From NCBI GenBank assembly GCA_963789265.1, contig CAWBKB010000007.1, forward strand, positions 384,001 to 448,000: a stretch of DNA of 64,000 nucleotides, read 5' to 3'. Positions 51,902 to 60,809 of the stretch are shown piece after piece. Each line of letters starts with the position of its first letter. Within the stretch, counting starts at the first letter, position 1. The notes beneath the pieces are model-generated. The model did no database searches. It saw nothing but the letters and a program-made list of their open reading frames with translations, and was not told where the DNA came from. The position numbers and the translations under genes are program-made. Source of the stretch: an uncultured delta proteobacterium. GTDB taxonomy: Bacteria > Desulfobacterota > Desulfomonilia > Desulfomonilales > Desulfomonilaceae.

Positions 51902-52201
51902 GTAATCATTCAGTTACGAGCGGTAAACGACTGGCATTGTGCCGTGGGGCGGACTTTCCAGTCCGCCAAATCTGAGATGAGAAACCGCAGACTGGAAAGT
52001 CTGCGCCACGAGCCAGATAGTAAGGAGTGCAATTTGATCCGTTGGATGGGCCTCTTTCCCAGTTGGGATGCCCCGCGCGGAACGCGGGGTTGCCCGTCAT
52101 CCACAATGGACAGGGTGTCCCGCGCCTCGCAGGACCTTCCCCCCATTGACTCCTCGCGATGACATGGACCGTGCAACTCCCGGGCATAACTGAATGCTTA
52201 C
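51902..52201. mobile_element. 300-bp element bounded by 15-bp inverted termini, carrying REP cargo
   Basis: GTAATCATTCAGTTA ... TAACTGAATGCTTAC (14/15 match); internal GTGGGGCGGACTTTCCAGTCCG doublet. Confidence 0.6.
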
Positions 52202-52486
52202 TGCACCGACTCTTTAAGTTTGCAACCAGACCCCGTCTCATGCTATGCTTAGCCGCTTCGGAGTGTTCGGGGCTGTAATTTCAGTATTGGTATTTTCCTC
52301 CAGCAAAACGTCCGCGAAGGCAGACTACGGGCTCGTACAGACAATGAGAGAGGTGTGCCTGCGGAAACCTACCCGGAACTTGAGCGCCTGTGTTGCGAGG
52401 GGACAGGTCGCTGGGGAGACTTGCGCTTGCGGCCGCGGTTTTGCGTGTCGCGGGCATTGTGAACTTTTGCGTGAAAGGAAATTGGC

Positions 52487-53810
52487 TTGATTCCACGCTA
52501 CACTCGCCAGGATATGCGAAGAATCTGGGAACCGAAGAATCGTTATCAGAAGTGGTTGGATATCGAGTTGGCCGTTTGCGAGGCCTGGACCGAAAGAGGC
52601 ATAATCCCGCCTCAAAGCATGGAAAACATACGAAAGACCGCCACTTTTGATTTGGAACGAATCAACGAGATAGAAAAAATCACGCGCCACGACGTCATAG
52701 CGTTCACTACCTGTGTGGCCGAACATGTGGGGGAGGACTCAAGATTTATACACAGGGGGCTCACTTCGTACGACGTAGTCGACTCTGCTCTCAGCTTGCT
52801 TTTGAAAGAGGCGGGACTGCTGATCCGGCAAGGGCTAGTGGAGTTATTGGGTGCTCTCAAGGATCGCGCATTGGAGCATCGCCATACCCCGATGGTCGGT
52901 CGCTCTCACGGTATTCATGCCGAGCCGATTACCTTTGGACTCAAACTGGCAGTACCTGTACAGCGAAATGGCCAGGCACCTCACTCGGTGGGACGTGGCC
53001 CTGGAGAGCATTTCGGTCGGTAAGATCTCGGGAGCTGTGGGAACTTTTGCCCATTTGGATCCAAAGATGGAAGAAGCTGTCCTGACGAAGCTGGGTCTTA
53101 AACCGGCCGACGCTTCCACGCAGGTGCTTCAGAGGGACCGGCACGCCGAGTACTTCACCGCATTGGCGCTCATGGCCTCAAGTATGGAGAAGATCGCAGT
53201 CGAGATAAGGCACCTCCAGCGCACGGAAGTGGCCGAAGTAGAGGAATTTTTCCACGAAGGACAGAAGGGTTCGTCCGCGATGCCTCATAAGCGAAATCCG
53301 GTCCTTACAGAAAATATCAGCGGCTTGGCTCGAGTTGTCCGTGGTCATGCGTTGGCAGCAATGGAGGATGTTCCACTTTGGCACGAAAGAGACATTTCCC
53401 ATTCCTCCGTAGAAAGGATCATCGCCCCTGATGCCACCACTCTGGTCGACTTTATGCTCCACCGCCTGTCTTCAGTGATATCCAACTTGAAAGTGTACGA
53501 AGAGAAGATGTGGCGCAATCTGCGGATGAGCCGCGGGCTTATTTTCTCGGAATCGATTCTCCTGCGATTGGTGGACCGTGGCCTAACCAGGGAACAGGCC
53601 TATGCGCTAGTTCAGCGCAATGCAATGAAGGCGTGGGAAGAACAGGCGGATTTCAAGGAGATCCTCCTGCGCGACTCCGATATCCTTCTACACTTGGAGG
53701 CTTCTGAAATAGAGGCGGCTTTCGATCTTGATCATGCTCTGCGCTGGGTCGATACGATACTTGACAGAGTTTTTAGCAAACAGTTACCGCATGTTGCACT
53801 AAAAAGCTAA
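52487..53810 (+). CDS. purB: Adenylosuccinate lyase; frameshift near 52955
   Basis: IPRYTR, TRHDVIAF, GRSHGIHAEPITFG, GSSAMPHKRNP, LWHERDISHSSVER. Confidence 0.95.
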
Positions 53811-53858
53811 TGTAAAACTTTCTTGACTTTTTGTGCAACTACCTGTAAAGAAAAGCGT

Positions 53859-55904
53859 ATGTTTGCTCGCAATCTGAAAAGAGTGATAGTACCCCTTTGG
53901 CGTCGGACTGCAAACATAGTCTTGATCGCTCTAAGCTTGGTCGTAACAGCCGCGGCGAGCGCTCCATGTTCTGAGCGTCTCTATCCTGTAGCTCTTATGG
54001 ACTGGATGGTGGAAGGAACCTTCTATGCCGTAATTGTCGATAAGTCCCAGCAGCGTCTCAGTGTATGGCGAATAGAGGATGGCGAACCGTCCATGGTCGA
54101 GTCTTACCGGTGCTCCACTGGGGAGAACGATGGTGACAAGTGGATTCGCGGAGATATGAGGACGCCCGAAGGGGTCTATTTCTTCTGTTCAGTCATCGAC
54201 GGCCATACTCTTCCTGCCAAGTATGGTCTGTGGGCTTTCACCACTGACTACCCTAATTTTGTAGACCGCCGCCGGGGGAAGAACGGCGACGGCATCTGGC
54301 TCCACGGACGAGACAAACCTCTCGGATTGAAGCCGGATTCCAACGGTTGCATAGCTCTCGAAAACCACGATCTGATCAAGGTGTCACGATTTATCAGGCT
54401 GCAAAGCACTCCCATCATCGTAGTCGAAAAGCTACGGATGGCGCCCAGGTCTGTGATTATGGAGCAGGAACGCGGGCTGAGGAACTTCATTGAGTCTTGG
54501 CGCCAGGCGTGGGAGTCGAAAAACGTTGATGCTTTCATGGCTCACTATTCACCGAATTTCCAGAGTTCCTGGCTCGATTTCAACGGCTGGAAGGAAAAGA
54601 AACGAAAGCTAAACACGCGGTACAAATCCATACGTGTCAAACTCGGCAACGTGTATCTATATCGACAGGACGGCCTCATCACCTCAATATTTACCCAGTC
54701 ATACACGTCCGACGGCTTCCATAGCTCGGGCATCAAAATCCTTTATATTACTCACCACGACAAATGCAAAATTTATGCTGAAGATTACCATCAGCCTGTG
54801 GATGATCCCTTTCCCGTGCAGTCTCTGCTCGCCAAAGCAGGAGCGGGTCCTTCCACGGGGGACGCAGAACCAAATGATTTTCGAATTCGCCTGGTTTCGA
54901 CGGATGAGCCGGAGCCGAATCCTAAAGATGAAATCGACACTCCACACCCTTCCGCCCCATCAAGAGGAGTTGCTCTTGATAGGCTGACGGCACGAAAGGC
55001 AAAGAGCATTGTCGCACCTCCTATTAAGATGAACGAAAAATATTTGGGTGGTCCGTCCCCGGATCGGCTCATTGTAGCGCGCCTGATGCCCACTTACGTC
55101 CCCCTGCCTAATATCGAGCCGGTCATGAGGAAAGGGACGCCTGAAGCTCAAGTGGAGACGGCTCCCGAGAAACCGATTCCCGGTAACGTGAACCGGAGTT
55201 TCCCTGAGGACAGGGTCGTAAAGAAGGCGAAGTCTGAAGCTCACGCTGCTTCCAAGGCACAAGTTTCAAAAAGAACCGATCCGAATTCTAAGAAGTGCAA
55301 AGTCGACCGGGGATCAGAGACGGCTCCCCACGTTCGCTTGCAATCCGAGATTAGATTCTTGCGATTGGCCCTGGAAAAAATGGCGCGGCAAGCGAGCGCG
55401 CATGCCATAGATACGGATAAAAGAGATCTCCCAGCCGGACATCACCCTGGCTCCGCGTCAAAAGTCACTGCGTCCCACCCCAAGATTTTGGCCAAAGGCG
55501 CGTCGTGTAACAAGGCGGTGCTGGCTTTCCTTCGTCAGTGGAAGCTTGCCTGGGAGCAAAAGAATCTTGACAGGTTCATGAAAATGTATCATCCCGATTT
55601 CGAGCATGAGGGGATGGATTACCAGATGCTTCTGAAATCCAAAAAGAATTTCTTCCGTAAATATCGGACCATCCACGTCAAGGTCGACCGGGTGGAAATC
55701 AGGAAGGTTAAAGGCCGAGTTCTGGTAAAGTTCGTCCAGTCCTTCCAAGGAGATAACTACCGTGATAAAGGTTGGAAAACCATGGTCTTGGCTGGCGGCA
55801 AAGATACAGGGTTCCGGATCGTTGCGGAAGGATGGACCGCCATATCGGGCTCTTCCTCCGATACCAGTACCCTAAAGTCCGGACCAGGGCCCGTTATTCC
55901 ATAG
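53859..55904 (+). CDS. L,D-transpeptidase (YkuD) protein with two NTF2-like domains
   Basis: VDKSQQRL, GDMRTPEGVY, GIWLHG..SNGCIAL; twice W..AWE.KN...F...Y. Confidence 0.85.
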   Translation: MFARNLKRVIVPLWRRTANIVLIALSLVVTAAASAPCSERLYPVALMDWMVEGTFYAVIVDKSQQRLSVWRIEDGEPSMVESYRCSTGENDGDKWIRGDMRTPEGVYFFCSVIDGHTLPAKYGLWAFTTDYPNFVDRRRGKNGDGIWLHGRDKPLGLKPDSNGCIALENHDLIKVSRFIRLQSTPIIVVEKLRMAPRSVIMEQERGLRNFIESWRQAWESKNVDAFMAHYSPNFQSSWLDFNGWKEKKRKLNTRYKSIRVKLGNVYLYRQDGLITSIFTQSYTSDGFHSSGIKILYITHHDKCKIYAEDYHQPVDDPFPVQSLLAKAGAGPSTGDAEPNDFRIRLVSTDEPEPNPKDEIDTPHPSAPSRGVALDRLTARKAKSIVAPPIKMNEKYLGGPSPDRLIVARLMPTYVPLPNIEPVMRKGTPEAQVETAPEKPIPGNVNRSFPEDRVVKKAKSEAHAASKAQVSKRTDPNSKKCKVDRGSETAPHVRLQSEIRFLRLALEKMARQASAHAIDTDKRDLPAGHHPGSASKVTASHPKILAKGASCNKAVLAFLRQWKLAWEQKNLDRFMKMYHPDFEHEGMDYQMLLKSKKNFFRKYRTIHVKVDRVEIRKVKGRVLVKFVQSFQGDNYRDKGWKTMVLAGGKDTGFRIVAEGWTAISGSSSDTSTLKSGPGPVIP

Positions 55905-56911
55905 TGCTTATGAGCGAGTCCGGCAGCTCTCGCCAGATCGAGTTGACCCCCTTCCGTATGAGAGTCGGATTGGCCCTGGCCGCCGTAATAGTCGGCCTCG
56001 CGATATTTGCAATCGTAGGACTGGCGGGTCTCCTCTCCAAGATGGGTAGCAGTACTAGCCCTGACGACGCGCTTGCACAAAAAGTTCAGTCGCTGCAGCA
56101 AGAGCTCAAGAAGAAGGACCTTGCGGTAGCAGCCCAAGAAAAGCGACTGATGGAATTGCAGGAATCTCCTGCGCCGGCAGGGGGCGGGTCACGTCGTACC
56201 AAGGAAATAGCCACAGCCAACGCGGGAGCCCACGGCCAAGAGCCTGCGCCTGCCAACGACGGGCCGCTCGCTGCTCTTCAAGACGCGGTCAAGTCGCCGT
56301 CCAGTGCGCCTGCCGAATCGAAAGGTACGGCAGAAAAAACCGGGAGGGGCTCGAGTACATTCTCTTCGGAGCCTCACGCAGAAGAGTCCCCTGGTCAGAG
56401 TTTGCCCGAGCAGCGCCCTGAGAGTCGCGAGGGAACAGTAGAGCGGACAGAGCAGGCACCGATCGTCAATTTTAACGCTCAGGATGTAACCGCATACGTT
56501 GGTGGTCGGAACAGCGGTAAACTCAGTTTCAGACTTATTAAGGATCACCCGGACACGATGTTTTCAGGATATGTGTTCGTATTTGTGGAGACGGTAGACC
56601 AGAGCGGAAAGAGCAGGATAGTCGTTTATCCCAGCAAGACCCGTCTCTCGGACGGATACCTGCCGATTGACTACAAGGAAGGGCAGCCCATCCCATTCAA
56701 GGTCAATGCTAGAGTTAGAGTGGACTTGCCTGATGAGGACATTTCTCCGGCGGCCTCCCTGTCCCGAGTGTCGATCCTCCTATATGATGCGGACGGCAAG
56801 ATTGTTTTCCAGCGAGGCTTCGATCGCAAGGAGCTGAAGGTTGTCGGCAATAGAGCCGGAAACACGGGAAACGCCCGCACAAGGGCCGGCCAGAAGAGGC
56901 GTGCCTTGTGA
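55832..56911 (+). CDS. Hypothetical membrane-anchored coiled-coil protein (start uncertain)
   Basis: One TM helix, coiled coil, low-complexity linker, globular C-terminus; coupled to the L,D-transpeptidase gene. Confidence 0.7.
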   Translation: MDRHIGLFLRYQYPKVRTRARYSIVLMSESGSSRQIELTPFRMRVGLALAAVIVGLAIFAIVGLAGLLSKMGSSTSPDDALAQKVQSLQQELKKKDLAVAAQEKRLMELQESPAPAGGGSRRTKEIATANAGAHGQEPAPANDGPLAALQDAVKSPSSAPAESKGTAEKTGRGSSTFSSEPHAEESPGQSLPEQRPESREGTVERTEQAPIVNFNAQDVTAYVGGRNSGKLSFRLIKDHPDTMFSGYVFVFVETVDQSGKSRIVVYPSKTRLSDGYLPIDYKEGQPIPFKVNARVRVDLPDEDISPAASLSRVSILLYDADGKIVFQRGFDRKELKVVGNRAGNTGNARTRAGQKRRAL

Positions 56912-57385
56912 ACCTAGTTCGAGTATTCTATTCTGTTTTGCAGAATTTGTGAGGGCGTAATGGGCCCTCATTTTGTTTGAGGTGTTTAGTCGGTATAGGC
57001 CCTGCTAATTGCTGACGAACTGTCGCTTGGTATAGCACGCAGAGATCTGAAAACGATTCGCTTTCAAGCAAGTGGAAACCCTGTTTCTGGTGGGGCAATC
57101 ACGCCCGGGCGTGATTGCCTGTCGTCGTGCCCACGTTCGCGGGGAACTGTAGGGGCGAATGCCATTCGCCCCTACCATCCCCAATCAGGGTCCGGGATGA
57201 CCCCACGTTCCGCGCGGGATGTCCCTCCACATCCTAATCCAGGATTGACACTTGTTTGGTGAGGCGCAGGTATAAGCCCTCAAAGAATACCCACCGAGCT
57301 GCGATGTAGCTTCTCCTGCCCCTGGAGCGAAACCGGACTCCGTTCATTCTCGGTTGCTACTGACACAGTCATCAGCGTATGGCAT

Positions 57386-57742
57386 TTAGCTAGTTCTGGC
57401 TACGTGATTATTCTCGTCCACGAATATATTGCGAGCCTTAAAGCCCTTGCATTCGGAATCCTCCAGGACTACGTACGAGCAGATAATTATCAGGTCCTTG
57501 ACCGATACCTTTCTTGCCGCGGCACCGTTCAAGCAGATCACGCCGGAACCCGGCTCGCCCTTGATCGCGTACGTGGTGAATCTCTCACCATTGGAGACGT
57601 TATAGATGTGGACCTGTTCGTATTCAAGAATGTCGGCTTGATCGAGAAGGATTGAGTCGATGGATACGCTTCCTTCGTAATCCAAACAAGCGTCCGTAAC
57701 TTTGGCCCGGTGGATTTTGGATTTTAGCATCGTCCGCTGCAT
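57386..57742 (-). CDS. panD: Aspartate 1-decarboxylase
   Basis: [33 protein letters not shown]. Confidence 0.96.
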   Translation of the reverse strand: MQRTMLKSKIHRAKVTDACLDYEGSVSIDSILLDQADILEYEQVHIYNVSNGERFTTYAIKGEPGSGVICLNGAAARKVSVKDLIIICSYVVLEDSECKGFKARNIFVDENNHVARTS

Positions 57743-57780
57743 TTCCCGGCTCCTGCAGGAAGATTTTGTAGTTAATGAGT

Positions 57781-58662
57781 TTACGCTGGCCCGAGCGCCC
57801 GGTCTTTGCCAAGCGCGCTATGTTCCAGCAACATATTGTCGATAAGGCGCGTCTTACCTATTCGGACTGCCAGCGCAGCCAACGCACTGTCTCCCACGAG
57901 TTCCAAATCCTGAAGCGTTTCCGGATGAACCAGGTTTATGTAGTCTATTTGGGCGTCCGGTTCACGCTGTATGCGATCCGACATCGCCTTCACATACGCT
58001 TTCGCGTCCGATTCACTCCGGTCCAAAAGGTTCTGCGCGTTCTGTAAAGCTTGGAACAGGCACACCGCTTGCTTTCTTTCAGTCGAAGACAAATAGGAAT
58101 TGCGGGAACTCATGGCCAGTCCATCATGTTCACGGACTATAGGGCACGGGACTATTTCGACATCCAGATTCAGGTCCCGCGTCATAGTCCTTATTACCTG
58201 GAGCTGCTGATAGTCCTTTTGGCCAAAATACGCGGCTGCGGGTGAAACGATGTTGAACAGCTTTAGGACCACGGTTGCCACTCCTCGGAAATGTCCGGGT
58301 CTGGAAGCGCCGCAAAGGGGCTCTGCCAATTTACCTACCTCGACATACGTCCGGAAGTCCGGCCCATAGACGTCCTTAGCAGTGGGTACAAATAGTGCAT
58401 CCACGCCTACCTGCGCGCATTTTTCCGAATCAGCCTCAGGATCGCGAGGGTAGCTGTCGAGATCTTCATTTCGTCCAAATTGAGTCGGATTCACGAAGAT
58501 GCTTGTCACCAATAGGTCGTTTTCTGAGCGACCGCGTTGCATAAGGCTCAAGTGACCGTCGTGCAGGAATCCCATGGTCGGAACCAAACCAATGGTTTGG
58601 CCGGCCTGTATGTGATATCTGGACCAATGCTTCATTTGGGCAACGGAAGTTAGCGTTTCCAT
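57781..58662 (-). CDS. panC: Pantoate-beta-alanine ligase
   Basis: [49 protein letters not shown]. Confidence 0.96.
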   Translation of the reverse strand: METLTSVAQMKHWSRYHIQAGQTIGLVPTMGFLHDGHLSLMQRGRSENDLLVTSIFVNPTQFGRNEDLDSYPRDPEADSEKCAQVGVDALFVPTAKDVYGPDFRTYVEVGKLAEPLCGASRPGHFRGVATVVLKLFNIVSPAAAYFGQKDYQQLQVIRTMTRDLNLDVEIVPCPIVREHDGLAMSSRNSYLSSTERKQAVCLFQALQNAQNLLDRSESDAKAYVKAMSDRIQREPDAQIDYINLVHPETLQDLELVGDSALAALAVRIGKTRLIDNMLLEHSALGKDRALGPA

Positions 58663-58676
58663 GCCTGTTTTCCCAC

Positions 58677-58812
58677 AAAAAAAGCCTTCCGTTAGGAAGG
58701 CCTGTTTATTACTCGATTTCCGTCCTTCCGTCCCGGTCGAAAAGATCCAGGCGGTATATGTGTTGTCAAACCGAATAGGTTCCGGGTCCAAGTGAGACTC
58801 CAGATCCTGGAT
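58677..58812 (-). promoter_or_regulatory. Structured panCD leader (candidate pan RNA motif) with an intrinsic terminator
   Basis: Two bulged hairpins (58778-58812, 58728-58754), then a GCCTTCC/GGAAGGC stem plus T7; TTGACC-18-TATAGT promoter at 58844-58815. Confidence 0.7.
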
Positions 58813-58999
58813 TTACTATATATCCGACAACGTTTATCGGTCAAGCCAAAAAAATTGTTTGGGGACCGTTATTGGAACGTGCCGAACAGAGGCAACCGTT
58901 GTTTTGTTGAAACCCTATCGTTCCCACGGACATCTAATGTAATAGCTGTTGTTCATCCGTGACGCGGCCCGAATTTTTCCAGGAAAGGAGGAATGCCCA

Positions 59000-59233
59000 A
59001 TGGCAAATTATGATAGAGCTGAACAGATTGTCAGAGAGATTGAACGGGTCACTCCTTATATGTACGAAGGGTTGTACGGCAACTTCTTGAGGAGTTTTAT
59101 GGACTCCGACAAGTCCAAATGGGTTGAGGATTTGTCCAACTACTTGACGCGTGCTAACCAGGATTGGGGCGATGTAGGAGAAGAAATAGCATTCCTTTTG
59201 TGGGAAAGATTTGAAAAGAGAATCTCCTGTTAA
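59000..59233 (+). CDS. Small 77-aa hypothetical protein
   Basis: AAAGGAGG RBS, hairpin terminator downstream. Confidence 0.7.
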   Translation: MANYDRAEQIVREIERVTPYMYEGLYGNFLRSFMDSDKSKWVEDLSNYLTRANQDWGDVGEEIAFLLWERFEKRISC

Positions 59234-59301
59234 CATGCCCACTTGTTTCGGTCAGTACGCGTCAGTTTGAAGTCTGATCTCGGGTGAGAAGATGATCAAA
59301 G

Positions 59302-59339
59302 ACAAAAGTCGCGGGAAGGATCGTTCCCGCGACTTTTGT
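59302..59339. terminator. Bidirectional hairpin terminator; related copy at 59544-59576
   Basis: ACAAAAGTCGCGGGAA/TTCCCGCGACTTTTGT perfect 16-bp stem between convergent genes. Confidence 0.7.
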
Positions 59340-59600
59340 TTGTCTTCAACATATATGGGGCAATTTATGTCCGTTCGCGATCAAATCCTCAAATTCAGCA
59401 CGGATCTGACAAAGCCTCCCACGGGACGCGGGATCGCACCCAAAGGCCAATTTTGACCGAATGTTGGGTGCCATCCCGCGTCCCGCGGGAAGCGCCATGT
59501 TTGGCGCCGGATCAGTGCAGTGACAGCGAACCGGCAAAAAGATAAAGTCGCGGGAGCGATGCTTCTCGCGACTTTTGTGCTTTTCCAAGAGTGTTTTTAC

Positions 59601-60797
59601 TTAGCTAGCCTTAGATGCTTCTTCTCCTTGTGCCGCAGCGGGCGGAACATAATTCGGTTCCACAGGTAGCGTGACATTTCTCCCCGCGGCTTTCGACCAT
59701 GCGATGGCAACCGTTCTGTAACCCAGATGCGCAAATTTGGAAAAAGGCAGGTACAGGAAGAGCGACAGTACGAACATCAGGTGAATCGTGTAAAGCGAAT
59801 ACGCGCCGGATGCCGAGCCTTCCAACCGAGTCAACTCCGTCAGCAGGCCGGTAGCACCCGTCCCAAAGATCATGAACAGGAACAGCCAATCAAAATAAGA
59901 GCTGTTTCCGGACTGCTCCGGCACGGTGAGCCGTCGAACCAGCATAATGCCCAGACCCAGTACGAACGCGGTCGCACTGATGTTACCAAGGAGCTTGATG
60001 GGGATCGTGCCGGGACCGTTACGAGACGGAGGGGCTATATGAAGTATGTCGATGTTGAACGCGACGATGGCCGTTGTCAAGAGCAGACCTATAAATCCCC
60101 AGAACACGAGTAGATGTGCGGCATACCGTATGTTGTTCGCCTCGCACTCTTTGAACGTTGTGTGAGGAAGGATCTCCTTGAGCGCCTCGATTAGGCTGGG
60201 AACGAATCCCTTGCGCTGAGCGCCCACGTCCAAGGGATTGTTGGATTCCAGCTTGCCCCAGAAACGTGTCAGGCTCACGACGAGAGAAACGACTGCGAAA
60301 AGCAGAGCAAGGGTGTAAACCACCTGGATGTATTTGTAGTCGATATACTCACCGTAGTTCACCGGCTTCGGAAAGGTGAACCCGTGGTTCATGACTACGA
60401 CCAATAGGACAATCACCACAGGAATACCCAATGTAAGGACTACCAGTGCCGGTTGACCTACGAGACTCCCGAGAAAGGAGGGCCAGGAGTTCTCCTGTAT
60501 GTTCATCTTCCGAGCGGCTTTGAGGACGTCACCCGGATATGCGCCTCGAGGGCACTGGGTAGAACAGTCGTTGCACTGATGGCACAGCCAGACATCAGGA
60601 TCGTTCAAGAGTTTCTTCTTCAATCCCCACTGCGCCCAAATCATCTCTTTGCGCGGATAGGGATTGTTGTCCGGGGAAATAGGACAGGCGACCGAACAGG
60701 TCGCGCACTGATAACACTTTTTCAGGTCGCCGGCCCCGGCCGCGATGAGGTCTTTGGTAAATTGAAGATCAGGTTCGGCAACGAACTCATTCGCCAT
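59601..60797 (-). CDS. qmoC: Quinone-interacting membrane-bound oxidoreductase subunit C
   Basis: KKCYQCATCSVACP..YPRKEMIWAQWG..WLCHQCNDCSTQCPRGA; TM domain with HLLVFWGF, LPFSKFAH. Confidence 0.92.
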   Translation of the reverse strand: MANEFVAEPDLQFTKDLIAAGAGDLKKCYQCATCSVACPISPDNNPYPRKEMIWAQWGLKKKLLNDPDVWLCHQCNDCSTQCPRGAYPGDVLKAARKMNIQENSWPSFLGSLVGQPALVVLTLGIPVVIVLLVVVMNHGFTFPKPVNYGEYIDYKYIQVVYTLALLFAVVSLVVSLTRFWGKLESNNPLDVGAQRKGFVPSLIEALKEILPHTTFKECEANNIRYAAHLLVFWGFIGLLLTTAIVAFNIDILHIAPPSRNGPGTIPIKLLGNISATAFVLGLGIMLVRRLTVPEQSGNSSYFDWLFLFMIFGTGATGLLTELTRLEGSASGAYSLYTIHLMFVLSLFLYLPFSKFAHLGYRTVAIAWSKAAGRNVTLPVEPNYVPPAAAQGEEASKAS

Positions 60798-60809
60798 GTG
60801 TGAACCTCC

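Noticed and set aside
58663..58791. N-terminal extension of PanC; also considered 6S RNA
   Set aside because: The region contains a terminator and leader hairpins; PanC homology starts at 58662, and the structure is not a long 6S-type rod.
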